From assembly GCA_050618055.1 (NCBI GenBank), contig JBNLVK010000172.1:14644-78643 (forward strand): DNA of 64,000 nt, written 5' to 3'. Source of the stretch: Myxococcota bacterium (GTDB taxonomy: Bacteria > Myxococcota_A > UBA9160 > SMWR01). A program made the position numbers and the translations under genes. Below are positions 38,270 through 47,282 of this stretch, piece after piece; the first letter of the stretch is position 1; each line of letters begins with the position of its first letter. The notes below the pieces were generated by a model. That model saw only the letters and a list, made by a program, of their open reading frames with translations. It did no database searches and was not told where the DNA came from.

Positions 38270-39847
38270 TCAAGCGGGCGGACCCCCGGGCAGCGCCAGC
38301 GTGCGGAAGCGCACCAGCTCGAACAGCCGGTAGCCGGTGTAGCCGCCCACCCAGACCAGCGCGCCCATCACGCACAGGATCAGCTCCGGGAAGCCGAAGA
38401 ACACCGACGCGGCCAGCTCGCTCTGGAACACCGGGTAGATGCAGACCGCCACCAGCGCGGTCCAGGCGAGCCGCGTGCAGGCCTCGCGCCAGCCCTCCTC
38501 CGAGCTGGTGATCGAGAAGCGCTCGATCAGCATGGCCAGGATCACGATGGGCAGCAGCACGCCTCCGAACAGGTTGCGGCTGTCGAGTCCGCGGCCCATG
38601 GCCGCGAACAGGGCGACGGTCAGCACCACCGTCGACAGCAGGATGCACAGGCGCGGCACCAGCAGCAGGTGCAGGCGATCGAGCAGCACGCGCGAGAAGA
38701 CGCCCACCAGGATGACCGACGAGACCATCGCCAGGCCGGGCAGCAGGTCGGTGCCGCGCAGCGCCAGCGCCACCAGCACGGGCAGGAACGTGCCGAAGGT
38801 GGGCACGCCCACCAGGTTGCGCATGAACGCCATGAGCAGCGCGCCCACCGGAACCAGCAGCAGCAGGCGCAGCGCGCTCTGGGTCGCCACCGGCAGGCGG
38901 TAGAGCGAGAGGTTGGCCAGCACCGGGTTCGGCGGCTTCATCAGTGCGGCCAGCTCCGCGGAGCTGAGCCGTTCGCGCAGCGCGCGGTAGCGGTAGGACA
39001 TGGCCGACACGCCGGTGCCGCGCACCGGCTCGCCGCCGCCGGTGTGCAGGCGCACCCAGTCGGCGGGCCGCGCGGCGAAGAATCCCTCGCTGGGCGACAT
39101 GGGTACCCAGCGCCGACCGGCGAAGGCCTCCACCCAGGTGCGGGGGCGCGGATCGCGGTCGTCGTGGAGGCTCAGCCCCAGCACCACCCGCGCCGGAATG
39201 CCGGCCGCGCGCAACAGCGTGCACAGCAGCCGCGCCTTGCCCTGCTCGCTGCCCTCGCGAGCCAGCAGCGCCAGCAGCGCGTCGTCGCTCTCGCCCTCCA
39301 CCAGGGCGATCTCGTCGGCGACGAAGGCGAACAGGGTGCGCAGGCGACCGATCGCGTCTTCGGGCTCCGGCAGCTGGAGCGAGGCCAGCAGCTCGGCCAC
39401 CTCGGGCGCGTCGGTGGGAAGGTCCTGGGTGCTGCCACCGTAGGTGGCCAGCAGCTCGCGCGGCGGCGGCTGCTGGTCCTTCTCGGAGAGGGGGACGCGC
39501 CCCGGGGCCAGCTTCACGCGGAAGCCGTGGATCAGGTTGTGGACGCCGTCGAGCACCCCGCTCCAGACGCCCACCCGCTGACCGTCCTCGCGCCGGATCG
39601 TGAACAGCAGGCGGTCCGAGAGCATGTGCTCGTCGGACACGAGCTGGCCCGGACCCGTGGACGGCAGCGTCGCGGTGACGCTGCCGCGGGTGCGCTGGCC
39701 GCGCGTGCTCACCTCCAGCTCCACCCGCCACAGGCCCTCGGGATCCGAGGGGATCACCGGCAGGCCCAGGCCCACCGCCTTCCAGGTGAAGACGCCGAGC
39801 CCCGCGGCGATCAGCGCCGCTCCCGTCCACGCGACGTTGGCTCGCAT
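38270..39847 (-). CDS. membrane protein: inactivated transglutaminase-like domain fused to a ~7-TM C-terminal domain
   Basis: 525 aa. N-terminal TM segment. The transglutaminase-like core LLCTLLRAAGIPARVVLG carries E/R/S at the catalytic triad positions. The C-terminal ~230 aa contain multiple TM helices. Confidence 0.8.
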   Translation of the reverse strand: MRANVAWTGAALIAAGLGVFTWKAVGLGLPVIPSDPEGLWRVELEVSTRGQRTRGSVTATLPSTGPGQLVSDEHMLSDRLLFTIRREDGQRVGVWSGVLDGVHNLIHGFRVKLAPGRVPLSEKDQQPPPRELLATYGGSTQDLPTDAPEVAELLASLQLPEPEDAIGRLRTLFAFVADEIALVEGESDDALLALLAREGSEQGKARLLCTLLRAAGIPARVVLGLSLHDDRDPRPRTWVEAFAGRRWVPMSPSEGFFAARPADWVRLHTGGGEPVRGTGVSAMSYRYRALRERLSSAELAALMKPPNPVLANLSLYRLPVATQSALRLLLLVPVGALLMAFMRNLVGVPTFGTFLPVLVALALRGTDLLPGLAMVSSVILVGVFSRVLLDRLHLLLVPRLCILLSTVVLTVALFAAMGRGLDSRNLFGGVLLPIVILAMLIERFSITSSEEGWREACTRLAWTALVAVCIYPVFQSELAASVFFGFPELILCVMGALVWVGGYTGYRLFELVRFRTLALPGGPPA

Positions 39848-39853
39848 TCGCGG

Positions 39854-41011
39854 CTATTCCTCGGGACGCAGCTCGTCTTCGGGGGCCCAGAGCTCGACCG
39901 TCTCCTCGTCGACGCCGATGTCGACGGGAACGATCGCGCCGATCGGCTCGAGCGCCAGGTGGAAGGCGGCGAAGCCCGGGATCACCACCTGGTTGAGCGC
40001 CATGCCGACGATGCGACCCGAGTAGGGCGAGGTGACGACGGCCCGGTGGTCCGACATGGGGTCGGTGACGGTGCCCAGCGCCTGGCCCTTCTCGACCTGC
40101 GCGCCCAGCCGGGCGCTGGTCAGCAGGATGCCGCCATCGTCCACACGCACCCAGCTCGAGCGGAAGTACAGCTCGGTGGGCGGGCTCTCGTCGGGGGGGA
40201 GGGTCACCATCCCCAATCCTGCCATCAGCCGCATGGATCCGGCTACTCCCGCCTCGATGCCCTCCTCCTCGAAGCGCATGGGCTCGCCCACCTCGAAGGT
40301 GATGGCCGGAATGCCCGCCTCCACGGCCGCCCGGCGCAGCGTCCCGGAGCGGCTGACGCTGTGGATCGCCAGCGGCGCCCGGAACCAGCGGGTCAGACGG
40401 ACCACGCGCTCGTTGCGCAGGTCGGCCCGCACGTGGGGCATGTTCGTGCGGTGGAACGATCCGGTGTGGAAGTCCACCAGGTAGCTGCAGCGCCGGATCA
40501 CCCCCTCGAAGACCCGCAGGGCGATGCGCGAGGCCGAGCTGCCGCCCTCGCGTCCGGGGAAGAAGCGGTTCAGGTCGCGGCGGTCGGGCAGGTAGCGCGA
40601 GCTGCGGCGGAAGCCGTGCGGGTTCACGATCGGCACCGCCACGACCGTGCCGCGCAGCATCTCCGGCGTGAGCCCCTCGGACACGCGCCGCACCGCCTCG
40701 ACCCCGATCAGCTCGTCGCCGTGGATGCCCGCCGTCAGGCACAGCACCGGACCCGGCGACGTGCCCCGGGTGACGACCACCGGCATGGCCACGCGCACGC
40801 CGGCGAAGGACTCGCTGGTCTCGAACTCGACCCGGCGCTTCACGCCGGCCTCGAAGCTCTCGCCCGCGATCTCGAGGGGCGCCGGCGGGACCGCCACCGG
40901 CACGCTCGCCGACGGAGGCGCCGTCAGCACGGACCCCGCCAGGGCTGCTCCGATGCAGCCGGCCCGAACGACAGACCACGAACCCGTCAAGCGCGCCCCA
41001 CGAACCCGCAC
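39854..41011 (-). CDS. succinylglutamate desuccinylase/aspartoacylase (M14-like) family protein, probably exported
   Basis: 385 aa with a GTG start. Zinc motif TAGIHGDELIG. Also NPHGF and VDFHTG. The N-terminus is hydrophobic. Confidence 0.85.
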   Translation of the reverse strand: MRVRGARLTGSWSVVRAGCIGAALAGSVLTAPPSASVPVAVPPAPLEIAGESFEAGVKRRVEFETSESFAGVRVAMPVVVTRGTSPGPVLCLTAGIHGDELIGVEAVRRVSEGLTPEMLRGTVVAVPIVNPHGFRRSSRYLPDRRDLNRFFPGREGGSSASRIALRVFEGVIRRCSYLVDFHTGSFHRTNMPHVRADLRNERVVRLTRWFRAPLAIHSVSRSGTLRRAAVEAGIPAITFEVGEPMRFEEEGIEAGVAGSMRLMAGLGMVTLPPDESPPTELYFRSSWVRVDDGGILLTSARLGAQVEKGQALGTVTDPMSDHRAVVTSPYSGRIVGMALNQVVIPGFAAFHLALEPIGAIVPVDIGVDEETVELWAPEDELRPEE

Positions 41012-41091
41012 GGTATCGCTTCGGCTCCTCGGACGCGCGTCCGGAGCGGAAAGCGACGCGGGCGGCAGCGCGCCGGTATGCTCTGGCCGGC

Positions 41092-41781
41092 GTGCGGCAA
41101 AGACCCGAAACGAAGCGGATCGCGTGGCTGCTGCTCGGCCTGCTCGCGTGCCAGCCGGCGGCGCTGCTGGCCGGTCCGGCGCTCGCGGCGGGCGAGCGCG
41201 TGATCGAGGGTCGGGTGGTGCGGGTGATCGACGGCGACGACCTGGAGGTCCGCCACGACGGCCGCACCACGCGCGTCCGCCTGTCCGGCGTCGACGCGCC
41301 CGAGAGCGGCCAGCCCTGGGGCCGGCGCGCCAGGCAGGCCCTGTCGGAGCGGACCTTCGGCAAGCCGGTGCGCGTCATCGACGTCGACGCGCGCACCTAC
41401 GGCCGCACGGTCGGCGAGGTCTACGCCGACGACGTCTGCGTCGGCTGCGAGCTGGTGCGCGAGGGCCACGCCTGGGTCTACCGCCGCTACACCGACGACC
41501 CGGTCCTGCTGCGACTGGAGGCCGAGGCCCGCGAGAACCGTCGCGGCCTGTGGGGCCTGCCGCCGAGCGAACGCATTCCGCCCTGGGAGTGGCGCCGGGG
41601 CGTGCGCGAGCCGGCGCCGGACCCGTCCCGGGACGACGCCCCCTTCCGCTGCGGCGCGAAGCGCTACTGCCAGGAGATGCGCAGCTGCGCCGAGGCGCGC
41701 TTCCACCTGGTCGAGTGCGGGCTCACGCGCATCGACGGGGACGGCGACGGCGTGCCCTGCGAGAAGCTCTGCACCGACTAG
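41092..41781 (+). CDS. secreted thermonuclease (SNase) family nuclease with C-terminal Excalibur Ca-binding domain
   Basis: 229 aa. SNase motifs VIDGDDLEV...RLSGVDAPE...GRTVGEVY...GHAWVYRRY. Excalibur motif DGDGDGVPCE. Confidence 0.85.
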   Translation: MRQRPETKRIAWLLLGLLACQPAALLAGPALAAGERVIEGRVVRVIDGDDLEVRHDGRTTRVRLSGVDAPESGQPWGRRARQALSERTFGKPVRVIDVDARTYGRTVGEVYADDVCVGCELVREGHAWVYRRYTDDPVLLRLEAEARENRRGLWGLPPSERIPPWEWRRGVREPAPDPSRDDAPFRCGAKRYCQEMRSCAEARFHLVECGLTRIDGDGDGVPCEKLCTD

Positions 41782-42656
41782 ACGTCGCGCAGGCGTTCGC
41801 GCGCCTGGCGGCGCAGGGTCAGGTCTTCGACGCGCATGTCGGGGCGCGGCTCGAGCTCGCCCACCCCCGACAGCAGCTCCCGCGCCTCGGCGCGGCGGTC
41901 CGGCGCCAGGTCGAGCAGCGTGAGGGCCAGCAGCAGCCGGTTGCCCGGGTGCTCGGGCGCCAGCCCGTAGGCGCGCTCGACCAGGGGAAGCGCGCGGTCG
42001 CGGTCGACCCAGCCCGACACGAAGGGCACCCGCGGCAGCTCGGCGTGCAGGCGGCCCAGCAGGCGCAGGGCGCCGCCGTCGTCGTAGCCGGGCTCGAGGG
42101 CGATGGTGACCCGGGTGTAGTCGTGGAGCCGGTTGGCGACGCCCTGGCGCACCGCGCTCAGCAGTCCCACCCGCTGGCTCCAGGCACCCCAGCCGATGGC
42201 GGACCAGAAGTAGAGGCGCGCCGCGTCGTGCCGGGCAACGCCGGCCGCGTTGAGGCGCGTCGGCAGCGACGCCGGGTCGAAGCTCTCGAGGCGCGCGCCC
42301 GCACCGGCGCGCTGCGCCAGCCGGTCGAGACCGTGCTCCGCGACGTCGCGCGCGCGCTCGGAGGCCCGGCTCGCCAGGGCCTCGTCGGCCTGGCTGAAGT
42401 CGCCCAGGAAGTGGAGCGCGCGCAAGAGCTTCCAGCGCGCCTCCAGGTCGTCGGCCCGCGCGTCGACCGCGTCCTCGTAGTGGCGCACCGCCTCCAGCAC
42501 CGGACCGGTCCGCGCCAGACCGCCCTGCGCACCGTCGGCGCGGCGCGCCCAGGCCGCGTCGCCGCGCGCCACCAGGTCGGCGTGCGCGGCCGGACCGGCC
42601 AGCAGCGCCAGCGCCGCCAGCGACGTCGCGACCCGCGGACGCGTTCGCTGCGTCAC
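41778..42656 (-). CDS. exported helical-repeat (TPR-like) protein, possibly TatT-like
   Basis: This is the 3' part of track ORF 41778..43022. GTG at 42656 forms a GTGA overlap with the upstream stop. Signal peptide VATSLAALALLAGPAAHA. 292 aa. The family call is tentative. Confidence 0.6.
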   Translation of the reverse strand: MTQRTRPRVATSLAALALLAGPAAHADLVARGDAAWARRADGAQGGLARTGPVLEAVRHYEDAVDARADDLEARWKLLRALHFLGDFSQADEALASRASERARDVAEHGLDRLAQRAGAGARLESFDPASLPTRLNAAGVARHDAARLYFWSAIGWGAWSQRVGLLSAVRQGVANRLHDYTRVTIALEPGYDDGGALRLLGRLHAELPRVPFVSGWVDRDRALPLVERAYGLAPEHPGNRLLLALTLLDLAPDRRAEARELLSGVGELEPRPDMRVEDLTLRRQARERLRDV

Positions 42657-43108
42657 GGCCGCGCCCCTTCCGGGGTCGGCCCGGCGAAGCGCCCGCGCAG
42701 ACCCTCCGCCGCCTGCGAGCCCACGCGCTGGAAGAGCAGGTCGAGCAGCGGGTCGGCGATGCGGCGCAGGCCGGAGAGCTCGAGCCGCGCCTCGTAGGTG
42801 ACGCGCGTGCCGCCCGGCCGCGGCACCAGCGTGATCTCGTCGATCGAGACCAGCGACGCGTCCTCGCCGCGCAGCACCAGCCGCGTCGGGCGCTCGAGCT
42901 CGTGGATGCGGTACTCGAGCGGCACGCGGCGCCCGAAGAAGGACGCGGTCACGCGGAAGCGGCTGCCCACCCGGATCTCGCCGCGCGTGATGCGGCTCGC
43001 CTCCTCGACCCCAGGATCCCACTCGGCGGTCCGGCTGAAGTCGGCCAGGTAGTCGAAGGCCTCCTCGATGGGGAGGGGGAGGTCGATCGCATCGACGAAG
43101 CGGGCCAT
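42653..43108 (-). CDS. SRPBCC (polyketide cyclase/dehydrase-like) family protein
   Basis: ATG at 43108 is preceded by CAGGAG. Sequence MARFVDAIDLPLPIEEAFDYLADFSRTAEWDPGV. 151 aa. Confidence 0.8.
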   Translation of the reverse strand: MARFVDAIDLPLPIEEAFDYLADFSRTAEWDPGVEEASRITRGEIRVGSRFRVTASFFGRRVPLEYRIHELERPTRLVLRGEDASLVSIDEITLVPRPGGTRVTYEARLELSGLRRIADPLLDLLFQRVGSQAAEGLRGRFAGPTPEGARP

Positions 43109-43162
43109 GGGTGCTCCTGGGAAGGGGTTGCGAGCCGGGAGGATCACCCGATTGTTTCGGTA

Positions 43163-43183
43163 TGTCAATATATTATCTTGACA
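43163..43183. promoter_or_regulatory. AT-rich inverted repeat TGTCAA-N9-TTGACA in a divergent intergenic region
   Basis: Read directly from the sequence: tgtcaatatattatcttgaca. The local AT-rich island lies in a ~72% GC background. It could be back-to-back -35 hexamers or an operator. Confidence 0.3.
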
Positions 43184-43223
43184 AAGATTAGACCCAATCC
43201 GGCTCTGGGCTATCCTCCCGCCC

Positions 43224-43766
43224 ATGCGCCGAGTGCCGCTACTGCTGCCCCTGCTGGCCCTGCTCGCCTGCCAGACGCCGACGGCGCCGCTGGCGGTGGC
43301 GGAGGACCTGGACCTCGACCGGTACCTGGGCCGCTGGTACGAGATCGCGAGCTTCCCGCAGCGCTTCCAGAAGGGCTGCGTCGCCACCACCGCCACCTAC
43401 ACGCGCCGCGACGACGGCCGCATCGGCGTGACCAACCGCTGCCGCGACCGGTCGTTCGACGGCGAGGTCCGCAGCGTGGAAGGGGTCGCCTGGCTGACCG
43501 ACCCGGACGGCAGCCCGGCGAAGCTGTCGGTCCAGTTCTTCTGGCCCTTCCACGGCGACTACTGGGTGATCGAGCTCGACCCGGACTACCGCTGGGCCGT
43601 CGTCGGCCACCCGTCCCGCGACTACCTGTGGATCCTGGCGCGCACGCCGACCCTCGACGCCGAGACCTTCCGCGACCTGCTGGCGCGCATCGAGGCCAAG
43701 GGCTTCGACCCGGCGCGGCTCGAGCGCACGCCGCAGCCCGAGCCCGCCGAACCCGCCGGCGCCTAG
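43224..43766 (+). CDS. blc: bacterial lipocalin (outer-membrane lipoprotein Blc)
   Basis: 180 aa. Lipobox LLALLAC|Q. Motifs LDLDRYLGRWYEIASFP, GDYWVIELDPDY and YLWILART. Confidence 0.9.
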   Translation: MRRVPLLLPLLALLACQTPTAPLAVAEDLDLDRYLGRWYEIASFPQRFQKGCVATTATYTRRDDGRIGVTNRCRDRSFDGEVRSVEGVAWLTDPDGSPAKLSVQFFWPFHGDYWVIELDPDYRWAVVGHPSRDYLWILARTPTLDAETFRDLLARIEAKGFDPARLERTPQPEPAEPAGA

Positions 43767-44074
43767 TCGAGCGTGCAGCCGTTCGGCGCGGCGTGCCAGG
43801 CGGTGCGCTCGGCCAGTCCCGCCACCCAGGCGTGCACCCCGCGGCGTACGCCGTCGACCACCGGCTCCGCCTCCACCCGGTCCATGTCGGGCAGCATGTC
43901 GAGCCGGCAGTCGTCGAAGGCGCGGCCGACGACCTCGACGCAGGCGCACATCTGGAGCGCCACGTAGCCGGCACCCACGTTCGACAGCCGCCGCAGGTTC
44001 GGGTAGGTGAAGACGGCCGCCAGTGCCGCCAGCGCGACCACGACCCCGGCGCCCCAGACGAGCCAGCGCTTCAT
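43763..44074 (-). CDS. hypothetical membrane-anchored protein with 4 Cys
   Basis: This is the 3' part of track ORF 43763..44404. ATG at 44074 forms an ATGA overlap with the upstream stop. N-terminus MKRWLVWGAGVVVALAALAAVF. 103 aa. Confidence 0.5.
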   Translation of the reverse strand: MKRWLVWGAGVVVALAALAAVFTYPNLRRLSNVGAGYVALQMCACVEVVGRAFDDCRLDMLPDMDRVEAEPVVDGVRRGVHAWVAGLAERTAWHAAPNGCTLD

Positions 44075-45273
44075 CGGCCGTCCCCCGGCGCCGTCGACCC
44101 GATGGGCGGGAAGGCCGCCACCAGGTCGGCCATGTAGTGGTTGGTCTCGCTCCAGGTGGTGGCCTGGTGCTCCCCCAGGCGCACGGCCAGCAGGTCGTGG
44201 GTGGGGACGATCAGCACCAGCTGCCCTGCGTTGCCGGTGACGGCGAACACCGACGGCGGACCGCCGGGCAGCAGCTGGAACTGGTCCTCCTTCGGCGTGC
44301 GGTTCAGCCAGAAGTGGGCGCCGTAGGTTCCGTTGTTCGCGACCGGTGCCGGCGTGCGCGCGAAGTCGACCCAGCCCTCGGGCAGCAGGCGGCGGCCCTC
44401 CCACACGCCGTCGCGCAGGTAGAGCAGGCCGAAGCGCGCGTAGTCGCGGGCGGTGGCGTAGAGGTGGCTGCCGCCCAGGTGGGTTCCCGCCGCGTCGAAG
44501 CCGAAGGCGGCCGAGCGCATGCCGATGGGTCCGAAGAGCGCGGCGCGCATGAAGCCCGCCCGCGCGGCGACGTCGGGTCCGGCGGCGCGGCTCACGATGG
44601 AGGCGACGATGGTGGTGGTGCCGGTCGAGTAGGCCCAGTGGCTGCCGGGCGGGTGGAGCAGCGGTCGCGCGCTGGCGTAGGACGCGGTGTCGCGGGCCCC
44701 TTCGCCGAAGAGCAGGTCTGCAACGAAGGAGTTGCCGCCGCGATCGCTGCCGCCCGCGTCGCCTGCCACGTCGCCGTTGTCGACGCCGGAGCTCATGTGC
44801 AGCAGGTGGCGCAGCGTGATCTCGCCGCGCGGGTCGCGGGGACCCTGCCAGGCGGGGACCGGCGCCGGCGCGTCGAGCGACAGCTCGCCCCGGCCCACCA
44901 GCAGTCCGACCAGCGCCTGGGTGAAGCTCTTCGCCATCGACCAGGAGTGGAAGCGCGAGTCGGGACCGAAGCCCTCGGCGTAGCGCTCGAAGACGATGCG
45001 GCCGCCGCGGACGAGCAGCAGCGCGCGGGTGTCCGGGCCGCCGCGACCGCTGGCGGCGAAGGCGGTCGCCACCGCGCGACCGAGCGCCGCCCGATCCACG
45101 TCCGGCGCCAGCCCGCCCTCGGGCCAGCGCTCGGTCGGCCAGGCCACGCCCGTCGGCTGGGGCGGCAACGGCACCAGGTCTTCCGCGGCGGCGGCCGGCG
45201 CGAACCCCCCGAACGCGGCGATCGCCGTCGCCAGCAGCGCCACGCGGCGTCGCCCCGCCCGAGCCACCCTCAT
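44071..45273 (-). CDS. beta-lactamase-related serine hydrolase, exported
   Basis: This is the 3' part of track ORF 44071..47142. ATG at 45273 forms an ATGA overlap with the upstream stop. There is a signal peptide and an SxxK motif (WSMAKSF). 400 aa. Confidence 0.85.
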   Translation of the reverse strand: MRVARAGRRRVALLATAIAAFGGFAPAAAAEDLVPLPPQPTGVAWPTERWPEGGLAPDVDRAALGRAVATAFAASGRGGPDTRALLLVRGGRIVFERYAEGFGPDSRFHSWSMAKSFTQALVGLLVGRGELSLDAPAPVPAWQGPRDPRGEITLRHLLHMSSGVDNGDVAGDAGGSDRGGNSFVADLLFGEGARDTASYASARPLLHPPGSHWAYSTGTTTIVASIVSRAAGPDVAARAGFMRAALFGPIGMRSAAFGFDAAGTHLGGSHLYATARDYARFGLLYLRDGVWEGRRLLPEGWVDFARTPAPVANNGTYGAHFWLNRTPKEDQFQLLPGGPPSVFAVTGNAGQLVLIVPTHDLLAVRLGEHQATTWSETNHYMADLVAAFPPIGSTAPGDGR

Positions 45274-47252
45274 TCCTCGATCGCGAAGGCCACCAGGTGG
45301 TCGCCCAGCGTGGTGCCGGCGCGGGCGTGGCCGCCGGCGGCGATCACCACGTACTGGCGCGCGCTGCCGTCCTGGAACGCGACCCGGTAGCTCATGGGCG
45401 TGGCCTGACCGCCCGCCGGCAGGCGACCCTTCCACAGCTCCTCGCCGGTCTCGACGTCGTAGGCGCGCAGGTAGTCGTCCATGGCGCCGGCGATGAAGAC
45501 GAGCCCGCCGGAGGTGACGATCGGTCCGCCGGTGCCGGGCACGCCCCAGTCGAGGGGCAGCGGAACCGGCGCCAGGTCGCGGATGCTGCCGTGGGGCACC
45601 TGCCAGCGGACGTCGCCGCTGCGCAGGTCGACGGCGGCCAGCGTGCCCCAGGGCGGACCGATGCACGGCAGCCCCAGCGGCGAGAGCAAGAGCTCCCGGC
45701 TCAGGCCGTAGGGCGTGCCGAGCTGGGGACCGTGCTCGACGCCGGGCCGGGCGGCGCGGGCCGCCTCGAAGTCGTCGCGCGGAATGAGGGTCACCACCCA
45801 GGGCACGTCCGAGCTGCGCACGATGGCGAGCTGGCGGTCCGGATCGACGGCGATGCCGCCCCAGTTCGATCCGCCCGCGTTGCCCGGCAGCATGATCGTG
45901 CCCTGCACCGACGGCGGCGTGTACATGCCGTCGAAGCGCAGCGTCTCGATCGCCTCGCGGCAGCGGCCCCGGTCCCACGGCGTGACACCCCAGGCGTCGT
46001 CGGCCGACACCGTGCCGCGCACCAGCATGGGAATGCGCGGAAAGGGCTGGGTGGGGGAGAGCACCTCGCCGGGCGGCGCGCCGGCGGTGGGAACGGGCCG
46101 CTCCTCCACCGGGTGGAGCGGCTCGCCGGTCTCCCGGTCGAGCACGAACAGCAGGCCCATCTTCGTCGACTGCACCAGCGCGTCGCGGCCCTCGCCGTCC
46201 ACGTCGATGCGCGCGAGCGTGGGCTGGGACGGCACGTCGAAGTCCCACAGGTCGTCGTGCACGGTCTGGAAGTGCCAGGCCACCTCGCCGGTGGCGCCGC
46301 GCAGGGCCACCACCGAGCTGCCGTAGTGGCTCATGCGGTGGCGCTCGCCGCGGTAGTAGTCGGGCGCCGCGTTGCCGGTGGGCACGAAGACGAGACCCCG
46401 CTCCTCGTCCACCGACATGGGCGCCCACACGTTCGGCGTGCCCAGCGCGTAGCCGGCCTCGCTGGTGAGACCCGACGCGTAGTCGAAGCCGGGCGGCGCC
46501 AGGTCCCAGGCCCAGCGCAGCTCTCCCGTGCGCGCGTCGAAGCCCCGCACCACGCCGCTCGGTGCGTCGATGCGGGCGTTGTCGCTGACCGCGGATCCCA
46601 CCACCACCACGTCGCCCACCACGGCGGGCGGCGAGGTCACCTGGTACTCGCCCTGCCAGCGCTGCGGACCGGGGCCCGCGTTGAGATCCACCTCTCCACC
46701 GGTGCCGAAGCCGGGACACGGAATGCCGGTGGCCGCGTCCAGGGCGAACAGGCGCGCGTCGTTGGTGCCGGTGAAGAGCGTGCGCCGGCAGCGGCTGCCC
46801 TCCTGGGCCGACGCGTCGAGCCAGGTCGACACACCGCGGCACACGAGCTGGTTCGCGTAGCGGCCGGTGAGGTCGATCTCCGGGTCGAAGGCCCAGAGCT
46901 CGACGCCGCTGGCCGGATCGAGCGCCACGACCCGGTTGAAGGGGGTACACAGGTAGAGGACGCCCTCCACCAGGATGGGCGTGTTCTCGAAGGCGGTGGT
47001 GCTGCGGACGTCGCCCGTTCCGTCGGAGACGTCGCCGTGCCGGTAGGTCCAGGCGGGCCGCAGCCGGCCGACGTCGTCGCGGCCGATGGCGTCCTGCACG
47101 ACGTGGCGCGTGCCGCCCGGGTCGCCGCCGAAGGAAGGCCACTCGCTCACGCCGGCCACCGGGCCGGGCTCGGGCAGGGGCGCCGCACCGCAGGCCAGGG
47201 CGGCGCAGCAGGCAGCCAGGCGGATCCAGCGGGCGGGCCCCGGTCGCGGCAT
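45270..47252 (-). CDS. PQQ-dependent dehydrogenase (quinoprotein glucose/sugar dehydrogenase family), lipoprotein form
   Basis: 660 aa. Sequence RLAACCAALAC. The propeller pattern is the same as in 251..2206 (DLWDFD, GGSNWGG, SGDVRW). Confidence 0.9.
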   Translation of the reverse strand: MPRPGPARWIRLAACCAALACGAAPLPEPGPVAGVSEWPSFGGDPGGTRHVVQDAIGRDDVGRLRPAWTYRHGDVSDGTGDVRSTTAFENTPILVEGVLYLCTPFNRVVALDPASGVELWAFDPEIDLTGRYANQLVCRGVSTWLDASAQEGSRCRRTLFTGTNDARLFALDAATGIPCPGFGTGGEVDLNAGPGPQRWQGEYQVTSPPAVVGDVVVVGSAVSDNARIDAPSGVVRGFDARTGELRWAWDLAPPGFDYASGLTSEAGYALGTPNVWAPMSVDEERGLVFVPTGNAAPDYYRGERHRMSHYGSSVVALRGATGEVAWHFQTVHDDLWDFDVPSQPTLARIDVDGEGRDALVQSTKMGLLFVLDRETGEPLHPVEERPVPTAGAPPGEVLSPTQPFPRIPMLVRGTVSADDAWGVTPWDRGRCREAIETLRFDGMYTPPSVQGTIMLPGNAGGSNWGGIAVDPDRQLAIVRSSDVPWVVTLIPRDDFEAARAARPGVEHGPQLGTPYGLSRELLLSPLGLPCIGPPWGTLAAVDLRSGDVRWQVPHGSIRDLAPVPLPLDWGVPGTGGPIVTSGGLVFIAGAMDDYLRAYDVETGEELWKGRLPAGGQATPMSYRVAFQDGSARQYVVIAAGGHARAGTTLGDHLVAFAIEE

Positions 47253-47282
47253 CGCCGAGAGCCTACCACTGCGGGCGGGGCG

